This document shows positions 56,181-64,000 of a stretch of DNA of 64,000 nucleotides, in pieces. Each line of letters starts with the position of its first letter. The first letter of the stretch is position 1. The stretch covers positions 1-64,000 of the IMG/VR virus record IMGVR_UViG_3300043429_000511, one strand, 5' to 3'. The stretch comes from a virus (Duplodnaviria > Heunggongvirae > Uroviricota > Caudoviricetes). The notes under the pieces are model-generated. The model did no database searches and was not told the DNA's origin. It worked only from the letters and a program-made list of their open reading frames with translations. The translations under genes were made by a program, and so were the position numbers.

Positions 56181-57179
56181 ATGAAGATATTAATTACAGG
56201 AGTAGCAGGATTATTAGGGTCAAGGTTAGCGGACTACATTGCTGAAAATCATCCAGATGTACATATCGTTGGTATGGATGACTTGAGCGGTGGTTACAAA
56301 GAAAACGTAAACCCAAAGGTTGAGTTTTGGCAAATGAATTTGGTGGAACATCCAATTGAAAATTGTTTCGAGGTTCATAAGTTTGATTATGTTTATCACT
56401 TTGCAGCATATGCTGCAGAAGGGTTATCACCATTCATCAGAACTTACAACTACCAAAACAATTTGGTTGCAACATCAAGAATTATTACCCAATGTATTAA
56501 ACACGATGTTAAACGTTTAGTGTTTACATCAACATTGGCAGTGTACGGTCACCAAGACGGTAATATGTTTGATGAGGTTCAAGTACCTAAACCTATTGAC
56601 CCGTATGGTGTCGCTAAGTATGGTTGTGAAATGGATATTCAAATTGCCGGTGAACAACACGGATTAGATTGGTGTATCATTCGACCTCACAATGTATTTG
56701 GAGTTAAACAAAACATATGGGACAAGTACAGAAACGTTTTAGGTATTTGGATGTATCAACATATGATTGGTGAACCAATGACAATCTTTGGTGATGGTAC
56801 TCAAACAAGAGCGTTTAGTTACATTGATGATAGTCTTGAACCATTATGGAAAGCGTCTCAAGACAATAGAGCAAGTAAACAAATTATTAATCTTGGTGGT
56901 ATTAAAGAATATTCAATTAATGAAGCCAATGAGATATTGAGAGAAGTTGTCGGTGGTGGTTCTGTTCAATATTATGAACAAAGACACGAAGTTAAACATT
57001 CGATACCTACTTGGCAAAAATCAATAGACCTATTAGATTTTGAATTTAAAACGGATTTGAAGGAAGGACTAACAAAGATGTGGGATTGGGCAAAACAACA
57101 ACCGATAAGGGAAAGATTTGTTTGGCCGTTCTATGAGTTAGATAAAGGAATTTATTCATTTTGGAAAAATAAAAAATAA
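56181..57179 (+). CDS. NAD-dependent sugar epimerase/dehydratase (SDR)
   Basis: ILITGVAGLLGSRL (GxxGxxG), YGVAKYGCE (YxxxK). Confidence 0.85.
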   Translation: MKILITGVAGLLGSRLADYIAENHPDVHIVGMDDLSGGYKENVNPKVEFWQMNLVEHPIENCFEVHKFDYVYHFAAYAAEGLSPFIRTYNYQNNLVATSRIITQCIKHDVKRLVFTSTLAVYGHQDGNMFDEVQVPKPIDPYGVAKYGCEMDIQIAGEQHGLDWCIIRPHNVFGVKQNIWDKYRNVLGIWMYQHMIGEPMTIFGDGTQTRAFSYIDDSLEPLWKASQDNRASKQIINLGGIKEYSINEANEILREVVGGGSVQYYEQRHEVKHSIPTWQKSIDLLDFEFKTDLKEGLTKMWDWAKQQPIRERFVWPFYELDKGIYSFWKNKK

Positions 57180-57182
57180 TAT

Positions 57183-57806
57183 ATGATAAGTGTAATAATG
57201 CCGACAATGTTCGTGCCAGATGGTGTTGTTGAATTAATTAAAGAAGTTACTTCACATCCTTTAGTTAGTGAATTGATTTTGATTGATAACACAAATGATG
57301 ATGAGATTCACATAAAAGAAGATATACCAAAATTGGTATATGTTAAAGAAGGGAAGAATACTTATGTAAATCCTGCTTGGAATAAAGGATACTCAATGGC
57401 TAAGGAAGATAAGTTAATGTTTCTTAATGATGACATAACAACCGATTGGTCTTTACTTGATAAAATTCACGATAGTATAACTGAAGATAAAGGTATTATT
57501 GGATTAGGTGATGGATGTTGGACGGAACCTAAGGGTAGATTTTTATTAACCCCAATTTATCAATTGATTGGTGGATTTGCTTGTTTGTTTTTTATACATA
57601 AAAATTCGTATCGACCCATTCCCGAAGAATTAAAAGTATGGTATGGTGATAATTTTTTAATTCACAAAGGCCCTAAACAAGCGTATCAAATGTTGAATTG
57701 GAAAATGGGTGGACATATATCAAAAACGGTATTGAAATCCGAATTTAACCCTGTGATTAGAGAAGATGGTGTTCTTTGGTCAACTAAAATAAGTAGAATG
57801 AAATGA
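57183..57806 (+). CDS. glycosyltransferase family 2-like
   Basis: ISVIMPT N-terminus, LNDDIT. Confidence 0.5.
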   Translation: MISVIMPTMFVPDGVVELIKEVTSHPLVSELILIDNTNDDEIHIKEDIPKLVYVKEGKNTYVNPAWNKGYSMAKEDKLMFLNDDITTDWSLLDKIHDSITEDKGIIGLGDGCWTEPKGRFLLTPIYQLIGGFACLFFIHKNSYRPIPEELKVWYGDNFLIHKGPKQAYQMLNWKMGGHISKTVLKSEFNPVIREDGVLWSTKISRMK

Positions 57807-58915
57807 GTATATCTTTAGTAATGGCGGTCTACAATAAATTAGACCTAACAAAAAAATGTTATGAAAGAGTTCGTTTGTTATATCCTGAAGCACCATTTGT
57901 AATTAGTAGTGGTGGTTCAAGTGACGGAACAAAGGAGTGGTTAGAGTCGTTGAATGATGACTACTTATCATTCATACACGATGATGATAGGATAACATTC
58001 TCAGACACATATAACGCAGGAATCAAGTTGGTTGATACAGATAAATTAGTGTTGATTCATAACGATATGATTTTAGGTGAACACTTTCTTGAGAACTTAG
58101 AAACCTTGTTGGATGAAAATCCAAATACATTAATATGTTACACAACAATAGAACCACCAATATTCAAAGGTCATTTAAGACCAGGTAAAGTATTATTGAA
58201 TTTAGGTTCCGGTTTCGATGACTTCGATTACTTCCATTTCAACAGTTATGTAAATCAATGGAAGGACAGTAAGAACTTATATGATGGTGCGGTATTCTTT
58301 ATGAGTGGAACTAAAAAGATGTTTGATGATGTGGGTGGTTTTGATGGGTTTAGTTTCGTTCCGTGTTTCTGTGAGGATGATGATTTCTTAGTCCGTGCGA
58401 AACTAAAAGGTTACGAACTAAAAACTTGTGATTCGGCAATTGTTTATCATTTTGTTTCGCAGACTTCAAGATTCAGTGATGATATGAGGGTTGATAGAAG
58501 AATCATCGAAGTATCGTCTAATAGAAACTTTGTTAGAAAGTGGGGTATACCATTCTCAGCATTCAATGAACTTAGATATTGGGAGGATAAAAACTTTAAG
58601 TATAAGACTTTCACAATGGGATTAACAACCAATAATAGAAATCGTTTTATGGAGATTGAACCGTTCTTCGATAAAATCGAAATAGGGACGATTCCTGAGG
58701 ATTATATTGAAAATGAACAGAAGAATACCCGTTATGATTTAAGGTCAAAATTTACGTTCACAGATAACGTAGACGTGATGATTTATGAAACTGCACCATT
58801 CGATGATATGGACATAATGACTTTACATAAATTAAGGTTATCAATACCTTATTATGAGGTGGGTGAATATCAAATTGGTAATATGATGATAGAAATAAGA
58901 AAGGAGGTTAAATAA
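57803..58915 (+). CDS. glycosyltransferase family 2
   Basis: SLVMAVYNKLDLTKKCYE, HNDM, CEDDDF. Confidence 0.6.
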   Translation: MSISLVMAVYNKLDLTKKCYERVRLLYPEAPFVISSGGSSDGTKEWLESLNDDYLSFIHDDDRITFSDTYNAGIKLVDTDKLVLIHNDMILGEHFLENLETLLDENPNTLICYTTIEPPIFKGHLRPGKVLLNLGSGFDDFDYFHFNSYVNQWKDSKNLYDGAVFFMSGTKKMFDDVGGFDGFSFVPCFCEDDDFLVRAKLKGYELKTCDSAIVYHFVSQTSRFSDDMRVDRRIIEVSSNRNFVRKWGIPFSAFNELRYWEDKNFKYKTFTMGLTTNNRNRFMEIEPFFDKIEIGTIPEDYIENEQKNTRYDLRSKFTFTDNVDVMIYETAPFDDMDIMTLHKLRLSIPYYEVGEYQIGNMMIEIRKEVK

Positions 58916-58929
58916 CCTCCTTATTTTTT
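58903..58929 (+). terminator. rho-independent terminator
   Basis: ggaggtt-aaat-aacctcc hairpin spanning the stop codon, then ttattttttatt. Confidence 0.55.
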
Positions 58930-59375
58930 ATTAGTCTGAATAAAACTATATAATTGTCTTTTGTTTTTCCCGCATTTACTAAATCCTCTTTCGTGATTTC
59001 GGGATATTCTACATCAATCTCTTTATCCAATAATTGAGTGTATTCCTTTTCAAATTCGACATAGTCAGGATTCAATTTTTTAGAGATGATAACACCATTT
59101 TCATCTTTTTCGAAAATGTGCATATTGACAACAATTCTACCATTATTGTCCATCTTACCATATTTGGTTACTAATTCATCTCTTAAGTTATCTACTTTTT
59201 TTCTTTCACTTTCTAAAAATTTTGTAGTTTCAGTTAAATCATATTTTAAGATGATTGATAATTTTTGATTTATAAATCCTTCATAATATTTTTCACCCGT
59301 TTCTGGATTTGTGAGTCCATTAATCTCACTCTCTAATTGAAGAACGTCTTTTAATTTTAATGATATCTTTTCCAT
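58908..59375 (-). CDS. hypothetical protein
   Basis: 155-aa ORF. Confidence 0.45.
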   Translation of the reverse strand: MEKISLKLKDVLQLESEINGLTNPETGEKYYEGFINQKLSIILKYDLTETTKFLESERKKVDNLRDELVTKYGKMDNNGRIVVNMHIFEKDENGVIISKKLNPDYVEFEKEYTQLLDKEIDVEYPEITKEDLVNAGKTKDNYIVLFRLIKNKEVI

Positions 59376-59412
59376 AAATTAATTATACTAAAAATTTTCA
59401 CAAATGTCAATG

Positions 59413-59784
59413 TTATTCCTCATCCTTAGGGAATTGAGTTTTAACATCACTAATGGATTGAAACCATTGTCCCGAAGATGATATTGAACCATTTTCATTT
59501 ATTTCGTGCCATAACATATCTAATTGTTCTCCCAAATCAGGGTAGTTCATTTTTCTTAATGCTCCGTATGGTGGAACATATGAAGGGTCAGGGTACGGCA
59601 TATATTCAATGTTATCTTCTACCCAATCTTCTTCAGGTTCCGCATCAAATAATATTGTATGCACATCACCATTCGGTGCTTTATACCTTTTGTATTGGTC
59701 AATAACCTCCGTCCAAGTTTCTTGTGGAGTTTCTCCGTCGAGTAATAAATGAAATACTCCTAAATTGTCAATAAATCTTCTCAT
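59413..59784 (-). CDS. hypothetical protein
   Basis: 123-aa ORF. Confidence 0.45.
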   Translation of the reverse strand: MRRFIDNLGVFHLLLDGETPQETWTEVIDQYKRYKAPNGDVHTILFDAEPEEDWVEDNIEYMPYPDPSYVPPYGALRKMNYPDLGEQLDMLWHEINENGSISSSGQWFQSISDVKTQFPKDEE

Positions 59785-59796
59785 ATATTTTTAATT

Positions 59797-60282
59797 TTAT
59801 TGTACTGGTCCTCCGTAATAGTTACCTCCATCACTTGTTTGGACTGAGGCAATTATACTTACGTTTGATTGTGTCACATCACTTCTAGTTGCGTATGCGT
59901 TTAATGTAAATCCATTATAATAATTACTACTTGCATATGCTCTCAATACGATATATCCATCAGATGCTATATAAACTCCGTGTGCGGACATACCTGGATA
60001 TATGTTTCTTAAACCTATGTTATAAAGAAATCCGTTCGTATATGGCATACCTGCGGTGCTTATGTGAAAACCCCAAGAACATCTAATAGGTGCTGCGGTA
60101 CCATAGTTGTATCCAACCGCTTCAAACATCCACATATTATACGTAGTTGCACCAATTAAGCTAGTCTTCATATGAATATACAATGGACTACCTGCGGTGG
60201 TATTATAATTATAGATGTGCTTTTGTTGAAAGTACCAACTACTTACTGAACCTATTCTAAATGGTGGTGTTAATATTGCCAT
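59797..60282 (-). CDS. tail-fibre-associated small protein, paralog 3 (adhesin/assembly candidate)
   Basis: IEAVGYNYGTAAPIRCSWGFH block shared with two upstream paralogs. Confidence 0.5.
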   Translation of the reverse strand: MAILTPPFRIGSVSSWYFQQKHIYNYNTTAGSPLYIHMKTSLIGATTYNMWMFEAVGYNYGTAAPIRCSWGFHISTAGMPYTNGFLYNIGLRNIYPGMSAHGVYIASDGYIVLRAYASSNYYNGFTLNAYATRSDVTQSNVSIIASVQTSDGGNYYGGPVQ

Positions 60283-60285
60283 AGT

Positions 60286-60723
60286 TTAATAATACGTTGC
60301 TGCTGATGTTTGAACCGCAGATACTACGGATGTTATGGTTCCATAACCATTTCCTGCGGTATTGTACGCATTTAACGTAAACCCACAATAATATAAACTA
60401 CTAGCATACCCTACAATAACAATTTTATTGTCACCAGCAACGTAGTGACTATGTGCTGTCATCCCATCATATGCGGTAGTTTGAACGTTACCAAAAAAAT
60501 TTGTGTAGGTATAAAAATTCCAAGCACATCTAATTGGTGCGGATGTTCCATAATTATATCCAACAGCCTCAATCATTATCATTTGGTATGATTGATGGGT
60601 AATATTCAATTTCATATGATAATATTGACCACCACCAGATGATAAGTTGGCAACATTATATATACCAAGTTGTTGTAAATAACCTCCTTCAGGATATATC
60701 CCCGTTCCTTGTAAATTTGCCAT
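60286..60723 (-). CDS. tail-fibre-associated small protein, paralog 2
   Basis: IEAVGYNYGTSAPIRCAWNFY. Confidence 0.5.
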   Translation of the reverse strand: MANLQGTGIYPEGGYLQQLGIYNVANLSSGGGQYYHMKLNITHQSYQMIMIEAVGYNYGTSAPIRCAWNFYTYTNFFGNVQTTAYDGMTAHSHYVAGDNKIVIVGYASSLYYCGFTLNAYNTAGNGYGTITSVVSAVQTSAATYY

Positions 60724-61151
60724 TAATAGTAATTTCCCGCATTATCTGTTTGAACGCTAGCAAGTATACTAACTTCAAAATTATATCCTGTTGGATTTAA
60801 ACAATACGCATTAAGAATCCACCCACTATAATACGATGCACAGTTAGCTCTTATAACCACATATCCATCTGATGATGTGTAAACTCCGTGAGCACTTAGA
60901 CCACCATAAGCATTAGATGTTCCAATACTGATTGTTGAGTTACTGGCGGCGTAAGCGTAAAAACTCCAAGCGGCTCTGATGGCTTGATTCGCACCATACG
61001 CATAACCTACAGCCTCAATGGTACACATAATGTTAGCCATATTGATATTTGTTTTATAGTGAAAATAATTGTTTCCACCATAATACCTATCTCTAAAAAA
61101 TCCCAACTGAACGCCAGGTGCTGGTCTCGTATTTGCTAAAAAATTAGCCAT
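60723..61151 (-). CDS. tail-fibre-associated small protein, paralog 1
   Basis: IEAVGYAYGANQAIRAAWSFY. Confidence 0.5.
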   Translation of the reverse strand: MANFLANTRPAPGVQLGFFRDRYYGGNNYFHYKTNINMANIMCTIEAVGYAYGANQAIRAAWSFYAYAASNSTISIGTSNAYGGLSAHGVYTSSDGYVVIRANCASYYSGWILNAYCLNPTGYNFEVSILASVQTDNAGNYY

Positions 61152-64000
61152 TATTCTTTAATTCGTTTATTTCTTTTTTCAAATCTTTTATCGCCTCGAT
61201 TAATACCGCAGTAATTCTACCATAAGATACGGAATCTACTTTACCTTCTGAATCGTAAAGTACCACATCAGGTAAAATTTCGGCAATTTCTTCAGCAATA
61301 ACACCCATTTCTTTAACGTTATTCTCTTTTTTAACGTAGGTAACACCCCTTAATTGTAAAACTTTATCCAAACCATAACTAATCGTTTCAATATCTTTCT
61401 TATATCGGATTGATGAGTTTTCTGTTAACGTACCACCAACTGTCATATTACCACCAGTTGTTAATGTACCATTGAAATAATGTGCCCCTTGTGAATCTTT
61501 AAACTCTGTTCTTGATGTTGTTTTTACAATGTTGGAATAATACGATGAACTTGATAAACCTTTATAAGCATATGTACTCCCTGTAGATTTAGTTCCATCC
61601 ATTCTAACTAAAGTAATCATCGAATCTCCATCACTCCATCCCCCATAGCCTGCGTTGTTAAAACCACCCACGTGAAAAACAGGTCGTGCATTTGCACTAG
61701 CATCTCTACCTACAACTAAGAAACCATCATTGTTATTATAACAATATAATGCGGTACACCACCCTTCACCACTTAAAACTTCTGAGGTACTTCTAAGTGA
61801 TAACCCAGTAGCATCTGCGGTAGAAGTTGCCGCCATTGATGTCGCCGAAACACTTGAGAATGATGGTGAGTTACCTGTACCTAAGTTTTGGTTAATTGTG
61901 TATGATGTAATGTTACTCGCAGTTCCTGTGGTATTTTGATTCCACGTAGGTATATTACCCGCGTGATATATAGTATTCCCTCTCCAATAAGGAGCTGTTG
62001 CATTTACTTGGAAATAAATTTCATTTATAGTACCGTTTGTTCTATAAAATCTAAAGTCTCCACTATGTTGGACTAAGGATGTCACATCACCGGCGGTGAT
62101 ATCTCCTGTTGCATTATTTGGACTACCTCTAAGAATCATTCCGTGATAATTGTCAGTAAATGCTATTCTACCATATCCACTATTGTTAAATCTAAGGTCA
62201 CCTGTCATTGTGTCTCCTACTTTCTGTACAAAAGTTGATGTTAATTGTGCCGAACCTGATACCAAACCTGACGGAACTCCTGATATTGAACCAAATGATA
62301 TTTGAGAAGAACCGGACACAATACCTGAAGGTATTCCACTTAATGAACCATATGTTACTTGTGATGAACCTGAGATAAGTCCCGACGGTACTCCACTAAT
62401 ACTGCCAAATGATATTTGTGATGAGCCTGATACGATACCTGAAGGTATTCCACTTAATGAACCGTACGTTATTTGAGAAGAACCCGAAACTAAAGTCGGT
62501 TTATCAGTTATTCCGTTAAATGATATTTGACCTGAACCCGATACTACAGAAATTCCGTTAAAGAATGCTCCTGAGTGTATTGTTGTTCCCGCAAGTACTT
62601 GTGAACTACCCGATACCACACCTGATGGTAATTGAGCGGAACCCGACCAAATACCGGTACCTGCTAATACTTGGGAAGACCCTGATACTAAACCACTCGG
62701 TATACTACTAATACTTAAGAAAGTAATCTGTGAAGAACCTGATACAATACCGGATGGTATATTTGATAGTCCTGTGTAAGATACTTGTGAACTACCTGAC
62801 ACAACACCCGAAGGTAATTGAGCGGAACCTGACCAAACTCCACTTCCATTTAATACTTGGGAAGAACCTGAAACTAACGTAGGTTTATCGGTAATTCCGT
62901 TAAAAGAAATTTGTGCAGAACCTGAAACAACACTTATACCATTAAAGAATGCACCTGAATGTATTGTTGTTCCCGCAAGTACTTGAGAAGACCCTGACAC
63001 CGTACCTGCGGGTAAACTAGCAATTACCTGAGCGGAACCACTTACAACTCCTGCAGGTAACTGAGCCGAACCTGACCAAACACCTGTTGATGTTAATATT
63101 GTTGCTGCAGTTATTGAACCACCTAATGATGTACTCGTACCCGCAATTGTGATTGAACTATTTGTAAGTGAAGCGTTACCGATATTTGTTAATGTGTTAG
63201 AACCTCCACTAATTGTTTTGTTTGTTAATGCTTGTGATGCTGTCTTTAATACAACTTCGTCTTCAGAACCTAATGGACCCGCAACCCATTTATCGTTTGT
63301 TGAGTCCCAAAGGAATGAACCTGAAGTGAATGTTGGTGATGTAGCGTCTCTTACAACAATACCCGCATTAGTTGCTCCCGTACCATTTAATTGGATAATG
63401 TTATCTCCAATATTAACAGTTGTTGAATCGACTTGAGTTGTGGAACCTTGTACGGTTAAATTACCTTTAACGGTAACGTTTGCACCACTTAAACCAAATG
63501 CAGTGTTAAATGATGTTGTGAATGAGTTCAACGAACTTGTAGATGTGTTCAAGGCGGTAATTGCTGTTGTGTTACTACTCGTATAAGAATTTAAACTACT
63601 TGATGCAGTTTCTAATGCGGTTAATCTACCTGAAGCACTGCTTGTGAAACTATTCAAACTACTCGTTGCGGTGTGAATTGCATCTATGTTTGTTGTGTTA
63701 GAACTTGTATATGAATTTAAACTACTTGTTGCAGTATGAATTGCATTAATATTTGTAGTGTTACTACTTGTATAAGAATTTAATGAATTGATTGCGGTAT
63801 TGTTTGAGCCTGTGTAAGTATTCAACGCCGCAATTGAACCCGTTACCCCCTCAATAGATGTTAATCTACCGTCCGCACTTGAAGAAAATGAATTCAAACT
63901 TGCGGTTGCAGTGTGAATAGCATTAATATTAGTTGTGTTTGAACTTGTATAAGTGTTCAAACTCCCTGTTGATGTTTGTAATGTACCAATTATAGTATCG
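61144..64000 (-). CDS. tail fibre protein with C-terminal S74-type intramolecular chaperone domain (N-terminus probably beyond window)
   Basis: LNSYTSSNTTNIxAIHTATSSLNS repeats, GxVSGSSQV repeats, C-terminus SSIRYKKDIE...GVIAEEIAEILPDVVLYDSEGKVDSVSYGRITAVLIEAIKDLKKEINELK. Confidence 0.7.
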   Translation of the reverse strand, partial: DTIIGTLQTSTGSLNTYTSSNTTNINAIHTATASLNSFSSSADGRLTSIEGVTGSIAALNTYTGSNNTAINSLNSYTSSNTTNINAIHTATSSLNSYTSSNTTNIDAIHTATSSLNSFTSSASGRLTALETASSSLNSYTSSNTTAITALNTSTSSLNSFTTSFNTAFGLSGANVTVKGNLTVQGSTTQVDSTTVNIGDNIIQLNGTGATNAGIVVRDATSPTFTSGSFLWDSTNDKWVAGPLGSEDEVVLKTASQALTNKTISGGSNTLTNIGNASLTNSSITIAGTSTSLGGSITAATILTSTGVWSGSAQLPAGVVSGSAQVIASLPAGTVSGSSQVLAGTTIHSGAFFNGISVVSGSAQISFNGITDKPTLVSGSSQVLNGSGVWSGSAQLPSGVVSGSSQVSYTGLSNIPSGIVSGSSQITFLSISSIPSGLVSGSSQVLAGTGIWSGSAQLPSGVVSGSSQVLAGTTIHSGAFFNGISVVSGSGQISFNGITDKPTLVSGSSQITYGSLSGIPSGIVSGSSQISFGSISGVPSGLISGSSQVTYGSLSGIPSGIVSGSSQISFGSISGVPSGLVSGSAQLTSTFVQKVGDTMTGDLRFNNSGYGRIAFTDNYHGMILRGSPNNATGDITAGDVTSLVQHSGDFRFYRTNGTINEIYFQVNATAPYWRGNTIYHAGNIPTWNQNTTGTASNITSYTINQNLGTGNSPSFSSVSATSMAATSTADATGLSLRSTSEVLSGEGWCTALYCYNNNDGFLVVGRDASANARPVFHVGGFNNAGYGGWSDGDSMITLVRMDGTKSTGSTYAYKGLSSSSYYSNIVKTTSRTEFKDSQGAHYFNGTLTTGGNMTVGGTLTENSSIRYKKDIETISYGLDKVLQLRGVTYVKKENNVKEMGVIAEEIAEILPDVVLYDSEGKVDSVSYGRITAVLIEAIKDLKKEINELKNNG

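Noticed and set aside
63149-63436. Plus-strand 95-aa ORF
   Set aside because: It is antisense and lies wholly inside the tail-fibre coding sequence.

Overview
This 64-kb window looks like part of a large, low-GC dsDNA phage genome. I see no rRNA, CRISPR array or integrase. Several upstream regions fit the Bacteroidota sigma-A promoter pattern (TTTG, 19-20 nt, TAnnTTTG, start codon about 4 nt later), so the host is probably a Bacteroidota/Flavobacteriia bacterium.

Layout of the window:
- 1-5.7 kb, plus strand: small genes of unknown function, separated by a family of GC-rich 24-40 nt repeats.
- 5.7-6.24 kb: a convergent non-coding region with GTATGAC iterons, a 27-bp direct repeat and DnaA-box-like sequences.
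- 6.2-52 kb, minus strand: two HNH endonucleases and a possible GIY-YIG protein; about 8 small proteins sharing an N-terminal M-x-x-F-K-F-F motif; one atypical tRNA-like gene; a tandem array of four SGNH/GDSL hydrolase paralogs plus two more copies further on; and an RNA-repair cassette in the order kinase, unknown ORF, metallophosphoesterase, Rnl1-type RNA ligase. The same block also carries RmlC, an SPFH protein, a 2x[4Fe-4S] ferredoxin, a DEDDh exonuclease, an M23/PG-binding lysin, an NlpC/P60 peptidase, an S-adenosylmethionine decarboxylase-like gene, a C5-cytosine and a DPPF DNA methyltransferase, an unusually long ThyA-family enzyme, and two large paralogous proteins of unknown function.
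- 52-58.9 kb, plus strand: a glycosylation island with two GT4 and three GT2 glycosyltransferases and an NAD-dependent epimerase.
- 58.9-64 kb, minus strand: a tail-fibre module. The large repeat-rich fibre ends in a C-terminal S74-type intramolecular chaperone and is followed by three tandem paralogous small proteins.

Most product calls rest on motif recognition by eye and are hypotheses that need a homology search.
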